A stretch of 32,000 nt of DNA, taken from the NCBI RefSeq assembly GCF_000011805.1, contig NC_006840.2; one strand, given 5' to 3'. Within the stretch, counting starts at the first letter, position 1; each line of letters starts with the position of its first letter. The notes under the pieces were generated by a model that saw only the letters and a program-made list of their open reading frames with translations, had not been told where the DNA came from and searched no databases. This document shows positions 1 through 7,851 of the stretch, piece by piece. The stretch comes from Aliivibrio fischeri ES114 (GTDB lineage Bacteria; Pseudomonadota; Gammaproteobacteria; Enterobacterales; Vibrionaceae). The position numbers were made by a program, and so were the translations under genes.

Positions 1-491
1 GGTACACGGATTTCAACATCCGCAAGACCCGCCATTTTACCGCCATCTTTACCCGTTAATGCAATTGTCTTCATGCCTTTTTCTTTTGCGGCTTCAATTG
101 CTTTAATAATATTGCCTGAGTTACCTGATGTAGATAAACCAAACAATACATCACCTTTTGAACCAACCGCTTGTGTATAACGAGAAAAGACATGGTCATA
201 GCCAAAGTCATTACTTACACAAGATAAATGACTAGGATCTGAAATCGCAATACCAGGGTATCCAGGGCGATTTTCACGGTAGCGACCTGTTAACTCTTCA
301 GCAAAGTGCATTGCATCACAGTGTGAACCACCATTACCACAAGACAGTACTTTACCACCTTGTTTAAATGAATCAGCAATCGTTTTAGCAGCTAGCTCAA
401 TTTGAGCAATGTTTTTATCATCAGCTAAAAAGTCATTCAGTACTTGAGCGGCTTCTGTTAATTCAGAACGGATCAGATCTTGATAAGACAT
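1..491 (-). CDS. gmhA: Phosphoheptose isomerase GmhA, 3' end cut by the window edge (N-terminal ~163 codons present)
   Basis: Minus-strand frame with ATG at 489-491. My translation reads [22 protein letters not shown]...[41 protein letters not shown]...[36 protein letters not shown]. It is nearly colinear with E. coli GmhA (SIS domain) and lies divergent from fadE, as in E. coli. Confidence 0.93.
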   Translation of the reverse strand, partial: MSYQDLIRSELTEAAQVLNDFLADDKNIAQIELAAKTIADSFKQGGKVLSCGNGGSHCDAMHFAEELTGRYRENRPGYPGIAISDPSHLSCVSNDFGYDHVFSRYTQAVGSKGDVLFGLSTSGNSGNIIKAIEAAKEKGMKTIALTGKDGGKMAGLADVEIRV

Positions 492-736
492 AGGATACTC
501 TCTTTTATTATTTTCCCTAATTGGGGCTAATCTCAGTGTACCTATCCCCTTTTATCTTTAAAAGAGATTCACTCTATATTTCTTCTCTCTTCTCCAAAAA
601 TATCACTCTTTCCCCTGCAAAAAAGCAGATACCACTCACTGAAAAATGAATATTGTTTATTAATTACTCAACCTAGATCACTTTTTAATCACGAGTGTTA
701 TTTACTTTTTATTAACATTAGAGCTACACTTAATTT

Positions 737-752
737 AACTGGTTAGACCTCT
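737..752 (+). promoter_or_regulatory. Candidate FadR operator overlapping a putative fadE promoter
   Basis: AACTGGTTAGACCTCT matches the remembered FadR consensus AACTGGTCNGACCTGT at 13-14 of 16 positions. It lies between a possible -35 TTAACT (735-740) and -10 TAAATA (757-762, 16-nt spacer), about 80 nt upstream of the fadE ATG. fadE is a FadR regulon member in E. coli. Confidence 0.5.
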
Positions 753-833
753 TACCTAAATAATAAATTTACGACATGTAATCGTAATACCTCTGTTCCT
801 ACAAACAGAGCAGCGCCGGAAAAGGAGAATCAC

Positions 834-3281
834 ATGGCCCTGACACTATTAGCAACAGTAATTGCACTTGCTGCATTAAGCTATCATCGACAATCTTTGA
901 AAACCTCAACCTTGGTTATTGCAGGTATTCTTGCCATTAGCTCTGGGTTAGGTTACGCTGGTTTTATTTCTTGGACTGTCTTTCTACTGGTCTCAGTTCC
1001 ACTAAATATTCCTTCAATTCGACAATCTCTATTCAGTAATAAAGCACTTTCTCTATTCAAAGGCGTTATGCCGGAGATGTCACAAACCGAAAAAGATGCG
1101 ATTGAAGCCGGTACAGTTTGGTGGGAAGCCGAATTATTTAAAGGTAACCCTGATTGGAAATTTCTTCATGGTATTCCTAAAAATACGCTATCAGATGAAG
1201 AACAAGCTTTTATGGATGGTCCAGTAACAGAAGTGTGTCGCATGGTTAATGACTATGAAGTCACCCATGAGCTTGCCGATCTTCCACCAGAAGTATGGCA
1301 ATACCTAAAAGATCATAAGTTCTTCGCTATGATCATTAAAAAGAAATACGGCGGCTTAGAATTTTCTGCTTACGCTCAGTCTTGCGTACTTCAAAAATTA
1401 ACTAGCGTATCTGGCGTACTCTCTATCACTGTCGGTGTTCCTAATTCATTAGGTCCTGGTGAGTTATTACAGCATTACGGTACAGAGGAACAAAAAAACT
1501 ATTATTTACCTCGCTTAGCTGAAGGTAAAGAGATCCCATGTTTTGCACTAACAAGTCCAGAAGCTGGTTCTGATGCAGGCTCGATTCCTGACTATGGTGT
1601 TGTGACTAAAGGCATGTGGGAAGGTGAAGAAGTCGTAGGTATGCGTATTACTTGGAACAAACGCTATATCACACTCGCCCCTGTCGCTACCGTTTTAGGT
1701 TTAGCTTTCAAACTTCAAGATCCAGATGGTTTACTTGGTGATAAAAAAGATCTTGGTATTACTTGTGCTCTTATCCCGACGGATTTAGATGGTGTTAAAA
1801 TTGGCCGTCGTCATTTCCCATTAAACGTACCATTCCAAAATGGTCCAACTCAAGGTAACGATCTATTTGTTCCGCTGGATTACATTATTGGTGGAGAAAA
1901 AATGGCAGGACATGGCTGGCGTATGCTGGTGGAATGCTTGTCGGTTGGTCGTGGTATTACACTGCCATCTAATGCCACTGGTGGAGCGAAAACAGCAGCA
2001 CTTGCAACAGGAGCTTACGCTCGCATTCGTCGTCAATTTAAGCTTCCTATTGGTAAAATGGAAGGTATTGAAGAACCATTAGCACGTATGGCAGGTAATG
2101 CTTATATGATGGACGCTGCGAGTAACTTGACCGTTGCAGGTATTGTTCAAGGCGAAAAACCATCGGTTATCTCTGCAATTGTGAAATACCACTGTACACA
2201 TCGAGCTCAGCGTGTCGCTATTGACGGAATGGATATTTCAGGTGGTAAAGGGATCTGTTTAGGTAATTCCAACTTCTTAGCTCGAGGCTATCAAGGTTCA
2301 CCGATCGCTGTCACGGTTGAGGGGGCAAACATTCTCACTCGTTCAATGATCATTTATGGCCAAGGAGCTATTCGTTGTCACCCTTATGTACTTGCTGAAA
2401 TGGATGCCGCTTATCTTGATGATAAAAAAGCATCATTAGAACAATTCGATTCCGCAGTCTTTGGACATATTGGTTTTGGTATCAGTAATTTTGTTCGCAG
2501 TTTCTGGCTTGGCTTAACGGATGGTTATGGCTCGAAAACACCATTTAATGATGAAACCAAACGTTATTACCAACAAGTAAACCGATACAGTACAAACCTT
2601 GCTTTATTGTCTGATATTTCAATGGCTGTATTAGGAGGAAGTTTAAAACGTCGTGAACGTATGTCTGCACGTCTTGGGGATGTATTAAGTCAACTTTATT
2701 TAACAACATCAACATTAAAACGTTTTGATGATGATGGTCGTCAAAAAGAAGATTTAGCTCTGGTTCATTGGAGTGTTCAAGATTCTCTGCATCAAGCAGA
2801 ACAAGCGATTGATGGATTACTGTCTAACTTTCCAAATCGATTTGTTGCTGGTGCGATGCGCTTTATTCTATTACCAACCGGGCTTCGTCGTCAGAAACCA
2901 AGCGACAAACTTGACCATAAATTAGCGCGTATTCTTCAAGAACCGTCAGGCGTTCGTAGTCGAATTGGTCGAGGGTTATTCTTAGAAGCAAGTCGCTTTA
3001 ACCCTGTAGGAAAAATGGAAGAAGCATTAATTGATATTTTAACTGCTGAACCAATTTATGACCGCGTATGCAAAGAGTCTAAGCAACGTTTACCATTTAT
3101 GCAGCTTGATCGCGTGGCGAAAGTTGGATTAGAACTCAATATAATTTCTGATAAAGAAGCGCTGTTATTACGTAAAGCAGAGAAAAGTCGATTAGCAACC
3201 ATCAACGTTGATGACTTTGACCCAAGCGAACTTATCGTAAAACCACAAAACCACAGTGTTGAGCACAGTAAAATTGCATAA
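834..3281 (+). CDS. fadE: Acyl-CoA dehydrogenase FadE (long membrane-associated form)
   Basis: 815-aa ORF with AAGGAG at 822-827, 6 nt before the ATG. It has hydrophobic N-terminal segments followed by an acyl-CoA dehydrogenase core. Length (E. coli FadE is 814 aa) and position next to gmhA match E. coli. Confidence 0.93.
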   Translation: MALTLLATVIALAALSYHRQSLKTSTLVIAGILAISSGLGYAGFISWTVFLLVSVPLNIPSIRQSLFSNKALSLFKGVMPEMSQTEKDAIEAGTVWWEAELFKGNPDWKFLHGIPKNTLSDEEQAFMDGPVTEVCRMVNDYEVTHELADLPPEVWQYLKDHKFFAMIIKKKYGGLEFSAYAQSCVLQKLTSVSGVLSITVGVPNSLGPGELLQHYGTEEQKNYYLPRLAEGKEIPCFALTSPEAGSDAGSIPDYGVVTKGMWEGEEVVGMRITWNKRYITLAPVATVLGLAFKLQDPDGLLGDKKDLGITCALIPTDLDGVKIGRRHFPLNVPFQNGPTQGNDLFVPLDYIIGGEKMAGHGWRMLVECLSVGRGITLPSNATGGAKTAALATGAYARIRRQFKLPIGKMEGIEEPLARMAGNAYMMDAASNLTVAGIVQGEKPSVISAIVKYHCTHRAQRVAIDGMDISGGKGICLGNSNFLARGYQGSPIAVTVEGANILTRSMIIYGQGAIRCHPYVLAEMDAAYLDDKKASLEQFDSAVFGHIGFGISNFVRSFWLGLTDGYGSKTPFNDETKRYYQQVNRYSTNLALLSDISMAVLGGSLKRRERMSARLGDVLSQLYLTTSTLKRFDDDGRQKEDLALVHWSVQDSLHQAEQAIDGLLSNFPNRFVAGAMRFILLPTGLRRQKPSDKLDHKLARILQEPSGVRSRIGRGLFLEASRFNPVGKMEEALIDILTAEPIYDRVCKESKQRLPFMQLDRVAKVGLELNIISDKEALLLRKAEKSRLATINVDDFDPSELIVKPQNHSVEHSKIA

Positions 3282-3292
3282 CCCTTAAAATC

Positions 3293-3331
3293 AAAAAAGG
3301 CCAGAGTAACTAACATTACTCTGGCCTTTTT
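3293..3331. terminator. Bidirectional rho-independent terminator
   Basis: Perfect 11-bp stem GGCCAGAGTAA (3299-3309) / TTACTCTGGCC (3316-3326) with a 6-nt loop. It is flanked by AAAAAA (3293-3298) and TTTTT (3327-3331), so it presents a U-tract on both strands. Confidence 0.85.
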
Positions 3332-3349
3332 CATAATGTCTCTATCTTA

Positions 3350-3538
3350 TTAAGGTAAAGACATTACTAATTTTAAATAAATTATTTCTTCAAGTGATAA
3401 GCAATCAATCGTTTTATTGCATGAACCTAATTCTTGAGCAGCTACTGTTAGCTGTTTTTGTTCATGATGATGTGCTTCTAGCGCTTGCTTAAATGCAGCT
3501 TCTAACTTCGACTTACATGTAATCAAAACATACCTCAC
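3350..3538 (-). CDS. Hypothetical small protein (58-62 aa), or the body of a non-coding RNA; no recognisable family
   Basis: ORF between two terminators and downstream of a near-consensus promoter. The GTG at 3538 has no Shine-Dalgarno (SD) sequence. GAGG (3533-3536) lies 6 nt before an in-frame TTG at 3524-3526, which would give 58 aa. The sequence ...KSKLEAAFKQALEAHHHEQKQLTVAAQELGSCNKTIDCLSLEE... is not recognised. Coding status is unproven. Confidence 0.3.
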   Translation of the reverse strand: MRYVLITCKSKLEAAFKQALEAHHHEQKQLTVAAQELGSCNKTIDCLSLEEIIYLKLVMSLP

Positions 3539-3553
3539 TTAATTGAAGCGAGG

Positions 3554-3582
3554 AGTATAAATAAGCCACACCGATAATTCAA
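3554..3582 (-). promoter_or_regulatory. Predicted sigma70 promoter for the small ORF/RNA
   Basis: On the minus strand: TTGAAT (3582-3577), a 17-nt spacer, then TATACT (3559-3554). Predicted +1 is near 3547. Confidence 0.5.
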
Positions 3583-3654
3583 ATTTTATAAAAAAGCAAA
3601 CGTTAACTTTGGGCTAAATGTAACAAAATACTACAAAAGAAGAAGTAATAATGA

Positions 3655-3680
3655 GAAAAACCGCAAAAACTGCGGTTTTA
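3655..3680 (-). terminator. Weak A/T-flanked hairpin ending the dnaQ operon
   Basis: CCGCA (3661-3665) pairs with TGCGG (3671-3675), extended by A/T pairs (AAAAACCGCAAAAACTGCGGTTTT). It lies about 20 nt after the stop of the 3699-4961 gene. With only 4-5 GC pairs it is probably leaky. Confidence 0.4.
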
Positions 3681-3698
3681 ATCTTAACTAACGTGATT

Positions 3699-4961
3699 TT
3701 ATACTTTTGGCGGCGGTGGCATAGATAACTTTTCTGCTTTTGGCGCTGCATCTTTTACCGCTTTTGTTACCTTGATTTTTTTCCAAGCTAAAATCCCGGC
3801 AAAAATAAGCACTATAATCAATAAATTACCGGCAACAACATAAATCCAGAACCACTTACGAGCCTCTGCTCGCTCTTCTATTATTCTTTGCTGCTCTTCA
3901 AGTTTTTTCTTCTCAGCGGCAGCTTTTAGTCTCGCTTCATGTGCAGCTTTTAAATCAATCGGTTCAGTAACACCATAATTATGAGTTCCTAAATTAAATT
4001 GCAATGGTCTATCTGTTGCCATATCCGTTGCATACACCCATCCAAACCATGAGTTTTTACCCGGTAAATAACTATTTGGTAAATCAAAATACAATTTAGT
4101 TTCGTCTTTTTCTGACTGAGCTTGAGTAATCGTTACTCTTTCTTTTGGATCAACTTGTTCGATATGAGCCGCAAGTGAACCTGCTTTTATTGCGCCAGCT
4201 TCCGTATCTATAGTCATGGTATGTTTACGGTTTTCATTACGTGCTTGTGTAAAGCTTGCACGAATAGGCGCTGGGTATACCAATACATCTTGCTCAACGG
4301 TTCTTAAGAAAACACCATTACGAGATTGAATGCGAACCCAATATTTTCCTGGTTTAATATTAACTGGTAAGTTAACCGTAAACACACCATCGCCAGCAAC
4401 TTCATCCAACCCTTCACCATCATCCTCAAACGTTCCTAGAACTTCAGGTAGTGGGCGCGCTTCTTTTACTAGCTCTTTTTCATTAGCAAGATAAGGCGTA
4501 AACGTCACATTTAATTTAATACGATTTAAAAAATCTCTTAAAACTAATGGCTTTCCATCTTGTTCTAAACGTGCAGTAAACTTGAGCGTTTCAGATTGGT
4601 ACAATTTCTTTGGTAAGGTATCAACGCTTAACGTTAAGTTAGATAAAATCTTCACTTTATTTTCAGGAGTGATCTTACCTATTGCTTGCCATGGCCCAGG
4701 CATTGGATTTTCAATGGAAATAATATCCATGCCATTTTCTTCATACCAAGCGACATTCTTAGGATGTTCCCAAGCGTAATATTTGGTGCCATCAGGGCGA
4801 ACAAGTGTGACAGCTTGAGATGCTTTCTCACGATAAACTAAAAAAGAAACTTGTTTAATCGTAGGATCAACACGAAAACGGTTATCCAACCAAGACATCT
4901 CCGTACTTTTCGCCCAAGAAACCATAGGGACAAAAAGTGCAATTATCAATAACCGCCACAT
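3699..4961 (-). CDS. Uncharacterised envelope protein: signal peptide, ~370-aa exported domain, coiled coil, one C-terminal TM helix, Pro-rich tail
   Basis: I place the start at ATG 4959-4961 (MWRLLIIALFVPMVSWA...) rather than the track's 5021. AGGAG (4969-4973) lies 7 nt upstream, and the longer form would overlap dnaQ by 50 nt. The C-terminus reads KAAHEARLKAAAEKKKLEEQQRIIEERAEARK, then WFWIYVVAGNLLIIVLIFAGILAW, then KKIKVTKAVKDAAPKAEKLSMPPPPKV. I can see no catalytic motif. Confidence 0.85.
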   Translation of the reverse strand: MWRLLIIALFVPMVSWAKSTEMSWLDNRFRVDPTIKQVSFLVYREKASQAVTLVRPDGTKYYAWEHPKNVAWYEENGMDIISIENPMPGPWQAIGKITPENKVKILSNLTLSVDTLPKKLYQSETLKFTARLEQDGKPLVLRDFLNRIKLNVTFTPYLANEKELVKEARPLPEVLGTFEDDGEGLDEVAGDGVFTVNLPVNIKPGKYWVRIQSRNGVFLRTVEQDVLVYPAPIRASFTQARNENRKHTMTIDTEAGAIKAGSLAAHIEQVDPKERVTITQAQSEKDETKLYFDLPNSYLPGKNSWFGWVYATDMATDRPLQFNLGTHNYGVTEPIDLKAAHEARLKAAAEKKKLEEQQRIIEERAEARKWFWIYVVAGNLLIIVLIFAGILAWKKIKVTKAVKDAAPKAEKLSMPPPPKV

Positions 4962-4971
4962 ACTCAAACTC

Positions 4972-5703
4972 CTAACTACGCCACAAACAGGCATCACCAA
5001 CAATATCCAAACGCTTTTCATGCGCTTCTAATTCATCGGCCGTTGCACGTAAAACCTTTAATCCTTTTCTACCTGAATTCAGTCTTTTAATGGTTTCTTC
5101 GTCTGAATCAGATGAATTCTCTCCAGATGAAAAGCTCAAACTTGTCTGCCCACCGGTCATTAACAGGTAAACATCAGCTAAGATCTCGGCATCGAGCAAG
5201 GCGCCGTGGAGAGTACGGTGTGAGTTATCAATACCATAGCGTTCACACAAGACATCTAGGTTATTACGTTTACCTGGAAATATCTTTTTCGCCATGGCCA
5301 AGGTATCGGTAATTTTACAATACTGATCCGTGGTACCAATTAACTTATTGAGTTTACTGAATTCATAATCCATAAAGCCAACATCGAAGGGCGCGTTGTG
5401 AGCAACTAACTCAGCCCCTTTAATGAACTCAAGGAATTCATCATGGATGTCTTTATATTCAGGTTTATCATATAGGAATTCATCAGTAATACCGTGAACA
5501 TCAATCGCTTCTAAATCGATTAATCGATCTGGCTTAATGTACACATGGAAGTGATTACCGGTTAATTTACGGTTAATGATCTCTACGGCACCGATCTCAA
5601 CGATACGGTGACCTTCATAAACAGGACCACCAGAGAAGTTCATACCTGTGGTTTCTGTATCGAGAACTATAATTCGATTCGAAGAATTGTTGCTAGCATT
5701 CAT
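4972..5703 (-). CDS. dnaQ: DNA polymerase III epsilon subunit (3'-5' proofreading exonuclease)
   Basis: 243 aa with the DEDDh motifs VLDTETTG, HNAPFDVGF and HGALLDAEILADVY. It is divergent from rnhA, as in E. coli. Confidence 0.96.
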   Translation of the reverse strand: MNASNNSSNRIIVLDTETTGMNFSGGPVYEGHRIVEIGAVEIINRKLTGNHFHVYIKPDRLIDLEAIDVHGITDEFLYDKPEYKDIHDEFLEFIKGAELVAHNAPFDVGFMDYEFSKLNKLIGTTDQYCKITDTLAMAKKIFPGKRNNLDVLCERYGIDNSHRTLHGALLDAEILADVYLLMTGGQTSLSFSSGENSSDSDEETIKRLNSGRKGLKVLRATADELEAHEKRLDIVGDACLWRS

Positions 5704-5755
5704 AGGTTCATTTGTGTCAGACTATTTCTAAATTCCTCTAATGATAACAGAGATA

Positions 5756-6214
5756 ATGAAACAGGTTGAAATTTTCACAGATGGTTCTTGTTTAGGTAAC
5801 CCAGGTCCAGGCGGTTATGGCATTGTAATGCGCTATAAAGGGACAGAAAAAACATTTTCAGAAGGGTTTAATAAAACCACTAACAACCGTATGGAAATGC
5901 TAGCAGCAGTGGTAGCTCTACGTAAACTAAAGGAGCCATGCTCTGTCATATTAACAACAGACAGCCAGTATGTTCGTCAAGGCATCACTCAATGGATCCA
6001 CGGTTGGAAAAAAAGAGATTGGAAAAAAGCAGATAAAAAGCCAGTAGTAAATGCCGATCTTTGGAAACAGTTAGATGCTGAATCTGAACGCCACAAAATT
6101 GATTGGCGCTGGGTAAAAGGTCACGCAGGTCATCGAGAGAACGAGATGTGTGATGAATTAGCAAGAACCGCAGCCGAAAACCCGACTCAAGATGATACGG
6201 GTTATCCTGGTTAA
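5756..6214 (+). CDS. rnhA: Ribonuclease HI
   Basis: [22 protein letters not shown]...TNNRMEMLA...[20 protein letters not shown]...[16 protein letters not shown] is colinear with E. coli RNase HI. I prefer the ATG at 5756, which aligns with the E. coli N-terminus, over the track start at 5741. Confidence 0.93.
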
Positions 6215-6954
6215 TCAGATTTCATTTTTCCTTGGCGGGTTTGAGCAACAGAAATAGGAGCCAACTTTGGCTTCTTTTTCCAAGCTGATTTTATTGGTCT
6301 TAATGGATACGTTCTTTTTCTCGCAACAATAAAATAAATACCACTAATAGGCTTAACAGCATCACCACCTAGCCCTTCAAACCATGTCCACATCGTGCGA
6401 TAACGAGTCAGTGGAGCTAAAGCAAAACAATCACTGTACACCACTTCAAAATTCAATACACTCAACCAATCTTTAATTCGGTGAGGAGTAAACATGCGTC
6501 CACTCCAAGGTAAATTATTTTTACGCCATGGAAACAAACTCGCAAGCCCAATAGCACTCATAGGGTTAAAACCGGTCAAGATGACATAACCGTCACCAAT
6601 AAGCACTCGATCTATTTCTCTGAGTAATTGATGAGGGTCTGATGAGTAATCTAACTGATGAGCTAATACACAAGCATCTATACTTTTTTCAAGAAACGGT
6701 AATTGAGGCAATTCTGCAGTAATATTTCTTAGCGAATTTTTGTTATCTAGGTTAACTTGGTGTTTAATATTACAAAAGCGACTATCTAACTCAGCACTTA
6801 GTCCACCAATTTTGAGCATATGGTAACCGAATAGTTTGGGACACCACTCATCCAAACGTGATTGAATAAGCTCACAAATCCACTCACCATGAGGGATATC
6901 TTCCCATGAATGTGGTTTTTCAATTTTTTTATCAAGCAGTGCTGGCTTAATCAA
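6211..6954 (-). CDS. yafS: Class I SAM-dependent methyltransferase, YafS-like
   Basis: 247 aa, alignable along its length with my recollection of E. coli YafS (...[11 protein letters not shown]..., ...[20 protein letters not shown]...). It occupies the same slot between rnhA and gloB. It has a TTG start (6952-6954). Substrate unknown. Confidence 0.8.
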
Positions 6955-7001
6955 GATCGTTACCTATACCATCGAATAATAAAAAGTTTGGAGAAATGTG
7001 A

Positions 7002-7760
7002 ATGCTATCAGTAAAAAGCATACCTGCATTTAATGATAATTACATTTGGTTAATTCACAACAATGACAATCATTGTGTTGTTGTCGATCCCGGTGATGCT
7101 ACCCCTGTTTTAGAGTGCATTAAAGAGCATGACTTTATTTTAGATGCAATTTTAATTACACACCACCACCATGATCATATCGGTGGCGTTCCTGAGTTGG
7201 TAAGACAATTCCCTAACGTCAATGTTGTAGGCCCAGAGAATGAACCTATTCCAACCTTAACTCACCCCGTTGGAGATGGCGATTTTGTTGAGTTATTTGA
7301 TGAGCAATTCATGGTGTTAGGTGTCCCTGGGCATACCAATGGTCATGTTGCTTATATTGGTGATGAAAAACTTTTCTGTGGTGATGCTCTTTTCTCTGCG
7401 GGTTGCGGTCGATTATTCGAAGGCACTGCTGAACAAATGTTTAACTCATTACAAAAAATGGCAGCATTGCCTGATGAAACTGAAGTCTACTGTGCACATG
7501 AATACACGGCATCAAACTTGGCATTTGCACTCGCCGTTGAACCAGATAATGATTATCTATTACGTTATAGAGAAAAAGTTCTTCATCTACGAGCTCATGG
7601 TAAATCGACGATTCCATCGACTTTACAACGAGAAAAACTCATTAATCCTTTTTTAAGAACAAGTGAAGCGAATGTAAAGAAATCGGTAGCAAGTAAAGTG
7701 CAAGATAGTACCGAGGTTGAGATCTTTACCGCATTAAGAAGATGGAAGGACGAGTTTTAA
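7002..7760 (+). CDS. gloB: Hydroxyacylglutathione hydrolase (glyoxalase II)
   Basis: 252 aa with the metallo-beta-lactamase motif [10 protein letters not shown]. It is colinear with E. coli GloB ([11 protein letters not shown]..., [12 protein letters not shown]..., CAHEYT...). GGAG precedes the ATG. Confidence 0.95.
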   Translation: MLSVKSIPAFNDNYIWLIHNNDNHCVVVDPGDATPVLECIKEHDFILDAILITHHHHDHIGGVPELVRQFPNVNVVGPENEPIPTLTHPVGDGDFVELFDEQFMVLGVPGHTNGHVAYIGDEKLFCGDALFSAGCGRLFEGTAEQMFNSLQKMAALPDETEVYCAHEYTASNLAFALAVEPDNDYLLRYREKVLHLRAHGKSTIPSTLQREKLINPFLRTSEANVKKSVASKVQDSTEVEIFTALRRWKDEF

Positions 7761-7851
7761 GTATGAAACTTGTTTGATGTGTGGTTGCAAAGTATTATTC
7801 GCCTCCAAATAAAAATATTAATACGATTAAACACACTGAAGGCAATACATA

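Noticed and set aside
662-683. CRP-like site in the gmhA-fadE intergenic region (TAGATCAC right half)
   Set aside because: Only the right half-site resembles TGTGA-n6-TCACA. The left half (ACTCA) matches 2 of 5 positions. This is not enough to call.
3651-3728. 25-codon plus-strand ORF MRKTAKTAVLILTNVILYFWRRWHR. It looks superficially like a type I toxin or small membrane peptide: a hydrophobic core with basic ends
   Set aside because: It is built from the terminator hairpin of the opposite-strand gene and from the antisense of its PPPP tail (CCGCCGCCA read as WRRW). It has no convincing promoter and only a purine-rich GAAGAAG instead of an SD. Most likely coincidental. It would only be worth revisiting if ribosome profiling shows initiation at 3651.
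4962-5021. Longer N-terminal versions offered by the track for the envelope protein (5021), tilS (13273), accA (14306), lpxA (20494), fabZ (20946), lpxD (22078), tsf (31866) and rnhA (5741)
   Set aside because: The extensions overlap the upstream gene or a terminator stem, use TTG/GTG codons without an SD, and are not matched by the N-termini of the E. coli homologues. Internal ATG (or TTG for fabZ) codons with properly spaced SDs fit better.
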